A stretch of 63,835 nt of DNA, filler included, from Octopus bimaculoides (GCF_001194135.2; 6 parts of 5 records of this genome joined end to end with filler, not necessarily neighbours in it); one strand, 5' to 3'; counted from the whole stretch's first letter, positions 12,601 to 24,838 are shown. The notes: generated from the letters alone by a model not told the origin. Program-made: numbers and translations.

Positions 12601-15056
12601 TGGTGTGTGCTTAGTATTGTCATTTTTGTGTACGTAATATATTTGTGTTTCATGGCAGTTGGTGTGTGTGTGTATGTGCATATGTAGGACTTATCATATG
12701 ATGTTTGTACATCATTTCTGTATTCCTTTCCTCCTCCCTAGGAGAGTGCACCATTAAAAGGCGGTCGAGGATCAGCCAACCTGGTGTTAAAATGTCACCT
12801 GTGTTCCAGGGAAAATTCAATAAGTAAGGAAATGTTTCTCTTGACATTTTTTTCTAACACCTTGTTGACACACAGCTGATACTTTTGTCATTTATTTGAC
12901 ACACTAATAATACTTTGATGTTATATTTGACAACTTGTTTACATTAAGTGACACTGACTTTATATTTAACATCTTGCTGACACTTTAACATTTAGTTTGA
13001 CATCTTGTTGACATACAGCTGATACTTTGACGTTATATTTGACATCTTGCTAACATTTTGTTTGACATCTTGTTGGCACACAGATGACAGCTGACACTTT
13101 GACATTATATTTGATATCTCGACATTTCAAAATGGAATAAAATTGGTTTGCCATGAAGAAGAGGAAAAGACTTAATTAGCATCTTGCTGACACTTTGACA
13201 TTTTTGTTTGACATCTTGTTGACGTACAGCTGACAACTGACACTCTGGCATTATATTTGAGTTTGTTGAGATACAGCTGACACTTTTAGGTTTTATTTGA
13301 CATCTTGTTGACATAACTGTATTTTGACGTTATATTTGATGTCTTGACATTTCAAAATTGGAATAAAATTGGTCTGCTATGAGAAGAGGACAAGACTTAT
13401 GTCTTAAGCAGTACCCTCTGCCAAAGGTTTCTGCCTGAGACTTAAGACAGAGATGTTTTCAACCACTCTGCTAGATATTTTCTCCAGGTGTAAAACCAGA
13501 AATTTTTATCATCATAATGTCCACTCTTTCATGTTTGTATGGGATCAGATGGAGTTCATTGAGGTGGATTTCCTGTGGCCAGCTGCCCTTTCTTTGGCCA
13601 TCCTTTCATATATTTTCATGGAAAATTGGATGCTGTTTGTATGATGGTGACACTTTATCTTTTCTTTTATCTTTTATTTGCTCCAGTCATTGGACTGTGA
13701 CCAGGCTGGGGCACCACCTTGAAGAATTCTTAGTTGGATGACTCAGCCCCAGAACTTATTATTATTTTTCTGTAAAGTACCAGTTATGCACTGGGGTCGA
13801 TGTAATCGGCTTAATCCATTTGTCTGTCCTTGTTTGTCCCCTCTTTGTGTAGCCCCTTGAGGGCAGTAAAGAAATAAGAAGCAAAGGCAGTCTTGGGTGG
13901 ATTGGTACCAAAAGGGTTAGGAAATCTGTATTAAAGTTCCACAGGGTGACCTTCCACTAATGACCTTGACCTCATGGCTTCAATATTGTGTCCTCACTTG
14001 ACCTGAAATTGTTGTTTCCTGTTTGATATTCTAGTAATTTTCTGTCCACCGTGACAATAAACTGTAGTGTTGATGTTGTTGTTGTTACAGGTATCATCAA
14101 AGAGTTGTTAGGCAAGTACACCATTGATAACGACAACCAGTTTGTTTCCATGGTAACTTTTGAGTGTCGCGGCATTGAACCAGTGGACTACCAACCCACG
14201 GTGAGTTACAGCTCCATTTTTGTTTCTTCCCTTCCTACTCTTATCATCATCATCATCATTATTATTTAATGTCTGTTTCTCATGCTGGCCAATCGGGGAG
14301 ATGTCCAGACTCCAATTGTCTCTTGTGGCATGGTTTCTATTGCTTGTTGCCCTTCCTAACACCAACCACTTTACAGAATGTGCTGGGTACTTTTTACAGG
14401 CCACCAGCATGGGTGCACCTATGCAGCACTGGCATGAGTGCATTTTATGTGCCTCCAGCACCTGTAAAGGATGGGCCTGTATGTATGGATGGCACCAGTT
14501 TTACTTAGCTTGATGCGTCTGATCAAGTACAGCAAGTCACAACTCCCTGTCCCTTGTTATATCCTCTGTGAGGTCCAGCGTCCGAAGATCCTTTCTCACC
14601 ACTTTGTCCCACGTCTTCCTGGGTCAGTGTGAATGAATTGTGGTCAGTAAAACATTCTGCTCTGATTGGTCTGTACCCTTCTGTTAGTTCCATCCATACC
14701 ACCCTCTCACTGCAACCCATCATGCTCTCTGTCCCCTCCTCTCTCTTCTGCTCACCTCCATTTCGCTATGTTGCCTTGACACAGAGACACTGTTGAGTAG
14801 GAATGATGCTTTAACCTTCCAGGGCACAAGACAACTTCATCATCCTGGCTTTAATGTCCACTTTTCCATCTTTGCATGGCTCAGAAGTAATTTCTTGAGG
14901 CAGATTTTCTATGATTGGATATCCTTTCTTTTGCCAACTCTCACCTGTTTCCAGGTAAGGTGATGTTTTCACAGATCCGAAACGAAGGATACTGCTTGTA
15001 TAACAGTGACACTCATTTACAACCATCACATGATGTCAAAGCAAGGAGACAGTAAT

Positions 15057-15088
<32 letters not shown>

Positions 15089-15686
15089 TATCATCCTTTA
15101 ATGTATGTTTTCCCTGCTGGCATGGGTTGGATTGTTTGACCAGAGCTGCACCAAGTTCCTGTCTGATTTGGCTTGGTTTCTAAGGCTGGATGCCCTTCCT
15201 AATGTCAATAACAGGACTTCTTTCATGGCACTGGCCAATCCTCTCCACTAGGGGATGCAATCTTAACACCTCTGCTGTGGGAGATGGGTCTTCTTGAGTA
15301 CAGCAAAGTGCCAGATATCTCGGTCCTTTCTCATCTCCCCTAAAAGGTTCAGCATCCTGAGGTCATCCTTTAGTACTTTGTCTCATGTCTTTCTGGGTCT
15401 CCCACTTCCACGTGTTCCATCTACTTTGAGAGATCAGCACTTCTTTATGGAGCTGTCAGCATCCGTCCACACCATATGACTAAGCTAGCAGTCTCCTCTC
15501 TTGCACACTGCATCTTATTCTTCTTATGCCTAACTTCTCTTTCAATACACCAACACTCTCTTGCACATGTACACTTACATTACACATCCAGCAGAGCAAA
15601 CTAGCCTTATTCTTCTCTAGCCTTCACATGTCTTCTGCATTCAGGATTCTTGTCTCACAACCATGAAGAATTACTGTCTGTAATAC

Positions 15687-15724
<38 letters not shown>

Positions 15725-18700
15725 ACTTCATTCAGTTTCCATCAGCCAAATCTATCCAAAAGGCTTTGATTGACCCAGGACTATAGTGGAAGACACCTAT
15801 CCAAGGTGTCACTTAGTGAGACTGAACCCAAAAACCATGTGGTTGGGAAGCAAACAACTCACCACACATCCTAGCTTGCACCTAAGATACTCTGGTGACA
15901 CGATGAAGTGTATCCAGTACCTTGCGCAAAGTGATCTGTCAGTGGATCAGAAATAACCTAAAGAACTGAGATGACTTCTTAGTTTGTCCAAAGACAGAAC
16001 AGTCTCTCTTTAATGTTGGACCATGATAAAATACACTCTATAAATAGGTTGGTGTTAGGAAGAACAGAGACAATGTAAAGTCAAGACAACTCCTTGGTCT
16101 GGCTGAGGTCATGACTACATCTCTAGTGTTGGTGCTATGATAAAAACATCCAGTGCACTGATTTGTAAATGTGCAGAGAAAATCTAGACGAGAGCACTCT
16201 TTAATCTTGTTGAAGACACATTTCTAGTGCCAATGCCATGATAAAATATACCTAGTACAGTCTGTATAGTAGTTGTGTCAGAAAGAGCAGAGGCAACATA
16301 GGGTCTAGAAGATCTTTAGTCTGTCAAAGTCATGAGAACTTCTCTAGTGCTGGTTCTATGATAGAAGGAATAGAATGTTTCCACTACATTCTGTAAAGTG
16401 GTCGAGACATGAGTAACGAGAATATAGAATAGAGAGAATAAAATACACCCAGTGTACTCTGTAGAATGGTTGGTGATAGGAAGGGCATCTGATCATAGAA
16501 ATCAAGTTTAAAACGGGAATGTTTTGAGCAAGACATGGTCCTCCTGCTTATCAAGGAAGGTAATAACTGCAAATTAAAGCACTGACTTCGATCCAGCCTT
16601 GAAAGCAACAAAAAAAAAAGAAAGAAAGAAAAATGGTGGTGGTGGTAGAGAATTAAAACTGAAATTGGATTACAAGTAAAGATAATCCCTTTGACCAACT
16701 CTACCTATAATTCAAGCTGGAAATTGAAGTTTCGCTTTCTGGATTCTTTCTACTTTCTCAATTTAATCTCTGTTTATTCTGAAATTGTTTTCTTCTCTTC
16801 ACAGTGTGGCTTTGTTGGAGAAAGTTCCGAGTCAACAACACAATTTAAAGAGATCACGTTTGCTGAAGGGGTAAGTGATTTCACAGAACCTCATCCCTTT
16901 CCATATTGATATTTCCCATCAATTGCACCTCCACCCCCTGTTCATCATTCACTACATTCACCTTTAAAGGGTAAGGATAAAGATCCACTACGGTCGTAAA
17001 TGACCATGGGATTGCAACTAGAAAGTTCCCTTCCGAGGCATAATCTGGGCAAAGTAATTTGTCACCCATGCATACCAGTCTCCACTCTTCACACCACTGA
17101 TGTTGTCCAAGGGAAAGGCAAAGGCTGATACAGCTTGGCATCAGTGACGTTGCAACTCTACAGCTGAGTAAACTGGAGCAATGTGAAATAAAGTGTCTTG
17201 CTCAAGAACACAACACACAGCCCACTCTGGGAATTGAACTTACTACCTCATGATAGTGAGCCCAACACTTTAACTACTGAATCATATGCCTTCATTCACT
17301 TTTACCCCTACCTCCTCTAACCATTTGTTACCCTACAATGAAAGTATCCTCCTCCTCCACTTCGCTCTTGATCCCTTGTCTGTATCCTCTCTTCTGCTCC
17401 CTTTGTACCTTGATTTTGGGCAATCCACCACCTTTTATTTCCTCAACTCCTTCCATCCATCCACCGCTATATAAAATGTTGGGTAGTTGTGTATCTTCTC
17501 TATGGCAAGACACCTGTGTTGGTCCCTCTACCATACTTGAGCCTTTTTAACACCTGGTATCAAGTCACCTTCCTCTCTCAAATCCCCCCCTCCACTTAGT
17601 AATAGAAGTTTTTCCTTTCCCTTTTTTTCTGTCTTGCATGTTACTTGGTAACCCCACTAGTGTTGGTTGTATGCAAAAAGCCCCCATTACATTCTGTAAA
17701 GTGGCTGGCACTAGAAAGGGCATCCAGCCATAGAAACTGTCAAAGCTGACACTGGAGCTTGATACAGCTTTCTGGACCCTGTCGAACTGGTCAACTCATG
17801 TCAACATGGAAAATGGATGTTAAACGAAGATGATGATTGCAATTATTAGCCACCCTTCTGTACATACACACACACACTCCTTTCCCTCTTCCTGTTAAAA
17901 GTTAAAATCTGTCTCGAACCTTATAGTGAATTAGATTGGGGTTTATCCCATTTTTTGAGGTATGTATGTTCTCTCAGAGTACAAAACATTCTCTGTCATA
18001 ATAAAAATGCTTCTAGCGACTTATTTTCCCTTTTTTTGGTCTGCCACCTATGTGGGTGCCATAGCATACTGTTTTAACAATAACATTTTAGGTGGAGGTG
18101 TGAGTGTTGTATATATGTATGTGTGTGTGTTTTGGGTCTGTGAATGTCCAACTGGTTGATAAAGTTAAGACAATTGCTCAAGGAAAGCACTGAGGTGTGT
18201 GGATGGATGGATCTCTGTTGGTTTCAACAATGAAGATTCAGTTGTCCACCACTTCCTCTTCATCATTTAATGTCTGTTTTCCATAGGAGCTGGAAAGCTG
18301 CACCAGGCTCCAGTCATCTGTTTTGGCATGGTTTTTCACAGCTAGATGCTCTTTCTAATGCCAACCACTTCACAGAGTGGACTGNNNNNNNNNNNNNNNN
18401 NNNNNNNNNNNNNNNNNNNNNNNNNNNNNNNNNNNNNNNNNNNNNNNNNNNNNNNNNNNNNNNNNNNNNNNNNNNNNNNNNNNNNNNNNNNNNNNCTGCT
18501 TTTTACATGGCACCAGCACAGATAGGTTACACATCTCCATTTTCCTCCCCCGCTAGTGATGATTATGGTTTTTAACTTTGTTACAAGGTGACAAATTTAT
18601 AAAGATGCAGCTTAGTTAATTAAATGTTTGAGATGTTAATATCATGACTGGTCCCTCTCTTCTTTTGAAGAACTGTGGAATAATAATTATTAGAAAAACT

Positions 18701-19249
18701 GATATGGGTTAGTGACAGTAAGAGCATCATCACTACTGTTTAATGTCTGCTCTTTATGCTGGCATGGGTTGGATGGTTTGACATGGATCTGGCTAGCAGA
18801 GAGCTGTCTGAACTCCAACTGTCTGTTGTAGCATGGTTTCTATGGCTGAATGCCCTTCCTAACACCAACCACTTTACAGTGTGCTGAATGCTTTTTTACG
18901 TGCCACTCTCATGGGTGCATTAATGCAGCACCAACACATGCTTTCTAAGTGGCACCGGCACCTGAAAGACAAGCCTGTATGTGTGGAAGACAGCGATTTT
19001 ACTAAGCTTGACACATCTTATCAAGTACAGCAAATCACATCTCCCAGTTCCTTGTCATTTCCTCAGTGAGGCCCAGTGTCCGAAGACTCTTTCTCACCAC
19101 TTTGTCCCATGTCTTCCTGGTCTACCCCTTCCACAGGCTCCCTCTGCAATTAGAGCTTGGCACTTCTTTATGCAGCTGAACTCTGTCTCAAATAACACCT
19201 CATCTAAATCTATGCTTGGAGGGAAATGCATGTTAAATGAACAAATACA

Positions 19250-19331
<82 letters not shown>

Positions 19332-20562
19332 CAGTGCTGGTGTCATGTAATAGGCACCTACTACACTCTTGGAAGGGGTTTGCATTAGAAAGAGCATCCA
19401 ACCGTAGAAACCAAGTCAAAATCAGACTGGAACCTGGTACAGCTATCTGGCTTACCAGTTGAACTATCTAACCCATGCCAGCATGGAAAACAGATGATGA
19501 TGATGATGATGTTTATATACATCTCATCATTTTATTATCAACATGTTCTCACAGAATATTGGAAACAAACAATACTGCTTGTATGATAATGATACTCATT
19601 TACAAATATAATGCAATGTCAAGACACAAGACACACATTCCTTTTAGTTTCCATCTACTCACACGTCTTTAGTTGACCTTGCTCTGTTGTGACATTTGTC
19701 TAAGGTGCCATGCAGTGGGACTGAACCCAAAACCATGTGGTTGGAAAGCAAACTTCTCAACCACACAGCCTTGCCTACACCTATAAGTGTAATTGTGTGT
19801 ATGTGTGTTTCAGTCTGGTTTGGCTTGGTTTCTATGGCTGGATGCCCTTTCTAATGCGAACCTCTCTACAGATTGTGCTGGATGTTTTTCACATGGCACC
19901 TGCATGGGTGTTTTGATTTGGTGTCAACATAGCATGGCAGCATGGGTACTTTTTATGTATCACTGGCACAGGACGCTTGCAGACCAATCCTCTTCAGGAG
20001 TGGGAGCAGTCTTAACACTTCTGTTGTGAAAGATGGGTCTCCTTGAGTACAGCAAGGTGCCACATATCTCAGTCCTTTGATATTGCCTCCATAAGTTTTA
20101 GTCCTTTGATATCGCCTCCATAAGTTTCAGTGTTCTGAGATTGTACTTCTGTACTTTGTCCCATGTCTTCCTCTTCCACAAATTCTATCCACTCTGATTG
20201 ATTGGCACTTTTTTATGAAGTACCAGGCTTCAGTCAGATTTGGCCTCGTTTCTATAGCTGGATGCCCTTTCTAATGCACACCACCCACAGTGTAGTGGGT
20301 GCCTGTTATATGTCACCAGCACCATCCACTCTTCTCTCTTGAATGCTTAACTTTCCTTCAACACACTAGCACTCTGTCGCACATGTACACTTACATTGGA
20401 CATCCAACAGAGTATAACATGAATGTAAATGTGTATAGCAGTAGAAAGGTATGCACACCTCTAACTCTTCTCATTCTTTTGTAGGACTGGACAGACTATG
20501 ATGAAAATGCCAGCGTCTCTGTTGGAATCTATGACCTGGAGTATCGATTTGTAAAAGCCTGA
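6165..20562 (+). CDS. CZIB: CXXC motif-containing zinc-binding protein (UPF0587/DUF866, C1orf123 orthologue), 7 coding exons, 160 aa
   Basis: join(6165-6170,8767-8850,11113-11169,12742-12823,14091-14200,16805-16870,20485-20562) translates without stops to MGKIALQFKATLENITNICTEGDNFRWYIKVKCANCGETTDRFVYVCLEESAPLKGGRGSANLVLKCHLCSRENSISIIKELLGKYTIDNDNQFVSMVTFECRGIEPVDYQPTCGFVGESSESTTQFKEITFAEGDWTDYDENASVSVGIYDLEYRFVKA*. All introns GT-AG, phases 0,0,0,1,0,0. Recognised by similarity to human C1orf123 as I recall it (MGKIALQLKATLEN..., CxxC at 33-36 and 67-70, LKGGRGSA, FECRG, DWTDYDE). Confidence 0.96.
8542..8577 (+). ncRNA. Degenerate minimal type-I hammerhead ribozyme motif (Penelope-like element relic, about 8470-8665) in CZIB intron 1
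   Basis: CTTT-CTGCTGA-A-GAGC-GTAG-GCTC-GAAA-TGT-A-AAAG: stem I CTTT/AAAG, core CUG(A>C)UGA, stem II GAGC/GCTC with a 4-nt loop, GAAA, near-palindromic stem III A(C>T)GT, then the cleavage-site A. Confidence 0.55.
8767..8850 (+). CDS. CZIB: CZIB exon 2 (KIALQFKATLENITNICTEGDNFRWYIK)
   Basis: Acceptor tgtttctttgcag|, donor aaa|gtaagt; 84 nt. Confidence 0.96.
11113..11169 (+). CDS. CZIB: CZIB exon 3 (VKCANCGETTDRFVYVCLE), first CxxC
   Basis: Acceptor atttttcag|, donor gag|gtaagt; 57 nt. Confidence 0.96.
11820..12038. mobile_element. Mariner-derived MITE
   Basis: 25-bp TIRs CGAGGGTGTGCTGGAAAGTTCTTGG / CCAGGAACTTTTCAGCACTCCTTTG (20/25 match); TA on the left flank. Confidence 0.7.
12742..12823 (+). 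CDS. CZIB: CZIB exon 4 (ESAPLKGGRGSANLVLKCHLCSRENSI), second CxxC
   Basis: Acceptor cctcctccctag|, donor ataa|gtaagg; 82 nt, ends in phase 1. Confidence 0.96.
12840..13400. repeat. Degenerate minisatellite in CZIB intron 4
   Basis: Recurrent TTTGACATCTTGTTGACA.ACAGCTGA.ACTTTGAC unit; duplicated GACATTTCAAAAT.GGAATAAAATTGGT block at about 13120 and 13345. Confidence 0.85.
14091..14200 (+). CDS. CZIB: CZIB exon 5 (SIIKELLGKYTIDNDNQFVSMVTFECRGIEPVDYQPT)
   Basis: Acceptor gttgttacag|, donor acg|gtgagt; 110 nt, restores phase 0. Confidence 0.95.
16805..16870 (+). CDS. CZIB: CZIB exon 6 (CGFVGESSESTTQFKEITFAEG)
   Basis: Acceptor ttctctcttcacag|, donor ggg|gtaagt; 66 nt. Confidence 0.93.
20485..20562 (+). 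CDS. CZIB: CZIB exon 7 (DWTDYDENASVSVGIYDLEYRFVKA*)
   Basis: Acceptor cattcttttgtag|; TGA at 20560-20562; ATTAAA shortly downstream is a possible poly(A) signal. Confidence 0.95.
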   Translation, partial: DWTDYDENASVSVGIYDLEYRFVKA

Positions 20563-20619
20563 GTAGATTTTATTAAATTTTTATCTAACTTTTAAACCAA
20601 TTCTCTTATTGTTTCATTA

Positions 20620-20846
20620 TTAACCCTTTAGCATTCAGATTATTCTGTTAATCATAATGTTTATTTATTTATTCCAATTGGTTTGAATTAATCCTGCATT
20701 ATCTCACTGCTTTTAGATTTCAGTGATGTGATTGTTTGTTTTTAGAATGACATTGTAGGGTAAGTGTGAGAGGCCGAATTCAGTCAGTTTGAACATTAAA
20801 CATTTTTGGGCTTCAATATGGTCAGTTTAAATGTTAAAGAGGCTAA
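20620..20846. mobile_element. piggyBac-like (TTAA) MITE just 3' of the CZIB stop codon
   Basis: TTAA-CCCTTTAGCATT at left; degenerate AATGTTAAAGAGG-CTAA at right. Confidence 0.6.
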
Positions 20847-21782
20847 ATCATTATAGAGGCACTGGAACAGGTGTCTTACAGTAGAAGAGATGCATGGTGA
20901 CCCTGCATTACATAAGGGGTGGGTGAGAGTAGCTGGAAAGAGAAAGATGAAGATGGTGGTGGTGATGAGGTGTCAAAGGTGGGCCTTTAAGGTACAAGTG
21001 AAAGAGAAAATAAGGGCAGACAAAAGAGTTTGGGAGAGGATTGATAAACGATTAGAAATGGAAGTAGTATAATAGTTACAAATGAAAACACAAATAACAA
21101 AACTAAACCAAATATTTGTACAAAAGTAAAAAAAAAAACAAAAATCACATTTATTTCAATAGGAAAAACACTGTTGAAATATTTAAAGCATCACAGATCA
21201 ATAATCCGTATTCCAATATTCGTTAGGTCCAGAATTATTAATTGGGGTCTGATTGTATCATGTTGACTGTACAGGTGTGGTAGGATTTTGTTTATCGGCA
21301 GGTTTGTTAGGTTGTTGCGGCTTGACAGGTGTGTTGAGTTGTTGCATCTTGGCTTGACTGTTTTTCACATAGCTCTGGAAGAGAAGGAAAATACNNNNNN
21401 NNNNNNNNNNNNNNNNNNNNNNNNNNNNNNNNNNNNNNNNNNNNNNNNNNNNNNNNNNNNNNNNNNNNNNNNNNNNNNNNNNNNNNNNNNNNNNATATAT
21501 ATATATATATATATATTCACATGACTTATGTGAAGGCACATGGATCAGTGGTTGGAGCGTTGAGCTCACAATCATGAGATAGTGAGTTCAATTCCAGGTT
21601 GTGTGTTGTGTTCTTGAGCAAGACATTTTATTTAACATTGCTCCAGTTCACTCAGCTGCAGAAAAGATTTGCAACTTCACTAGTGCAAAGCTGTATCAGC
21701 CTTTCATTGGTGGCATGGAGAGAGGAGGCTGGTATGTATTGGGTGACCACTGGTCTTCCATAAACAACCTTGCCTCGGATGT

Positions 21783-21960
21783 AGACCCAGGAAAACCTGG
21801 GATGAGGTGGTGAAGCACAACCTTCGAACATTGGGCCTTACCGAGGCAATGACTAGTGACCAAGACCTTTGGAGATATGCTGTGCTTGAGAAGACCCGAC
21901 AAGCCAAGTGAGACCATAGCCCATGGCCTATGCCAGTGGGTGTAATGAGCCCACTTATGA
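21783..21960 (+). mobile_element. RTE LINE ORF 3' end (related copy at about 34225-34340)
   Basis: RPRKTWDEVVKHNLRTLGLTEAMTSDQDLWRYAVLEKTRQAK*. Confidence 0.8.
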
Positions 21961-22899
21961 GTACCCCTCATTCATTGGGCAATAAACCTTGCTTGTGAAG
22001 GCTTATTGAGGCAAGTGAAATCAAATCAAAATCACTGATGTGGCCAATGACAGTACCGCTTGATTGGCACTCGTCCAGTGAGATGTTAAAAGCACATCTG
22101 AGCGCGATTGTTGCCAGGGTCACAAATTGGCTCCCGTGCCGGTGACTTGTGAAAAGCACCATTCGAGCATGATCGTTGTATAAAGGAAATGACAATGGAC
22201 CGAGATGTCTGGCGATGAGGTTCTTGAGAAGACCCGCCCACGTCAGCAAAACTGAGTTCTAGAAATGCTGTGTGTCCCACCCACACATAACAAGTAAACT
22301 CCTCACAAATCCTATCACAATAAACCAATCTACATCTCTTCTCTTCCTCACATTTCCTCCTTCATACCCTATGCCTACCTCTCACTCCCCAATCCTGTCC
22401 TCACGGTCCTGTTTCTCTGTATCATTGCTATCTGGTGGTCCACCCACCCACACTCTATATATATACCCAGCTTTTCACCACTCACTTCCCCTCCCCACTC
22501 TCTAATCACACTTCTTTGGCAATATCCTGCCACTTATATTATGACCTTCAAACCTCAAGGGCATGCCCTGGCACTTGCCACCATCTATATCTCTCTCTAC
22601 CTTTACTCAACCATCCCATTTATATTTTGATCCTCGTTCCTTGTGAGCATTTTGCCACCATCACTATCCTGATGTCCCCCACTCTCTCTCGCCTTCTCCC
22701 AGGCTGGGTAACCATGTATCTCCTTTACAGCAGCACACCTGTTTCTGTCTTCATTCTTGATCTCTGTCTCTCTCCCTGGCTGGGTAACCTTGTATCTCCT
22801 CTACAGCAAGACACCTGTTTCTGTCTCTCTGTCTCACTATAACCTTTCATCATCTCACACAAGATCTCCTCCAATCTCCCCTCCTGCCTCAAAAGATTT

Positions 22900-23215
22900 T
22901 AGTCTTGCAAGTTACTTGGTGACCCTGTCAGTGCAGGTGATAATTAAAAAGCATCCAGTCCACACTGTAAAGTGGTTGGCATTTGGAAGGGCATCAGGCT
23001 GTAAAAACCTTGCCAAAACTGACCTCACCTGTGCTGATGCCACATAAAAATCACTAAGTCCACTCTGCTGGGTAGCTGGTGTTAGGAAGTGCATCCAGCT
23101 ATAAAAATCCTGCCAAAACAGTCACAGAAGTTTAATGCAGGCTTCTGCCTGGCCGGCTCCTGTCAAACCGTCCTTCCCATGCCAGCATGGAAGGCAGACA
23201 TTAAATGATAATGAG
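22900..23215 (+). mobile_element. RTE-tail-like short repeat, family D (also + 2270-2450, 10000-10160, 17680-17835, 19330-19510, 34340-34555, 38010-38140; - 14265-14620, 15085-15220, 18260-18385, 18730-19190)
   Basis: GTGGTTGGCATTAGGAAGGGCATCCAGCTGTAGAAAC...AACCCATGCCAGCATGGAAA...(GAT)n tail. Confidence 0.8.
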
Positions 23216-23507
23216 GATGCAATGCCATGCAATGGGACTGAACCTGGAATCATGTCGCTGGGAAGCAAACTTATATAAAAGAAAAATATGCAATTACTTA
23301 CTCTGATCTTCCTTGCAGTGACAGCTCTCATTCTGGACAAATGAAGACTTCTTTCACAACATCAGTTACTGAAGACATCAAATACAGAAATTTATATAAA
23401 ATTGAATATGGACTATACATAGATATATACACACAGAAATATAAAATATATAAATGTAAATATGTGTGTGTGTGTGTGAGAGTGAGAGAGAGAGAGGGGG
23501 AGAGGGA

Positions 23508-23546
<39 letters not shown>

Positions 23547-23656
23547 TGAGCTAATATATACAAACATATGTGTCACATATTTTATACATTACCTGAGATG
23601 GAACTCAATACATTTAGTAGGGTGGACAGATAAATGTTATATCAAAATATGATAGA

Positions 23657-23698
<42 letters not shown>

Positions 23699-23871
23699 GC
23701 GCAATATATGGATTTAACTAATCCAGTGGTACTCACAAAAAAGCTTCTTTCATGGATCATGCTACAAACCAAGTAGTAAACCAAAAACAAAACGAAGGGA
23801 TATAATGTATAGCCTTATGCAGTTGAAATCCAGTAAACCTAATCAGTATTGATTATTTCATAAGGAACATA

Positions 23872-24372
23872 TGTATAATAATAAAAGCAAAATTACGCCT
23901 GTCCATCCATGACCCCTGTATCTCAGTCTACGTTTGCTCTACATAGATATATTATTACCTTTTTGGAATCAGGATGATCCTGGGATTGAAAACTCTGCCC
24001 TTCATTTGTTTCTTGAATATCCAGTATTAAGATCTGATTTAAAAGCATTTGGGCTGCTACTTCTAGCAAGTAAAGCTTGGCTGGTTCACACCATCTTGGT
24101 TGGTGTTTGTCAGGTGATGTCAGAGATCAAGGGAGAGATAAATAACATTCGCTTGGTTAATTTTATGTTGAGATAAGAACTTTGGGACAAATTGGCCAAC
24201 AGCTGGAATTCAACTAGGGATTGGAACAATAGAATGATTGCATTACACAATTAATTCTCATCCCTCCTTAACCTCCGATCAAACACCACCAGGGCATATA
24301 GTAATTTTAGATGTATTATAGTCATGCTATTTAGCTCTCTTTAGTTTTGGGCTGCAGACCCAATTAGACCTC
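23872..24372 (+). mobile_element. Helitron-like non-autonomous repeat, copy 2
   Basis: Same orientation and the same 5' boundary as 1349-1840. Confidence 0.5.
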
Positions 24373-24793
24373 TGCGGGAGTTAGCTTAAAAGTTTGCATG
24401 GATTGCAACTTTAAAACTAGTAGAATATAAAGAAAGAGAGGAAGTATAAGATGACATCTATATAACAACGTTATTTCACAGGCTTTATCACATAAAAACA
24501 AATTATTTCAGTGTATAAAAAATAATAAATTATATAATACAGTTGCATAATTTATAAATTAATACAGGTAAAAATGCTTGTTCATCCAGTCAAAGGCTCT
24601 GAAATGATTATTGTTATATGGATATCAATTGGTGAAATAAATATATTCATCTTATACCTCCTCTCTTTTATATATATATATATATATATTTATNNNNNNN
24701 NNNNNNNNNNNNNNNNNNNNNNNNNNNNNNNNNNNNNTTAATTAATTAANNNNNNNNNNNNNNNNNNNNNNNNNNNNNNNNNNNNNNNNNNNN

Positions 24794-24838
<45 letters not shown>

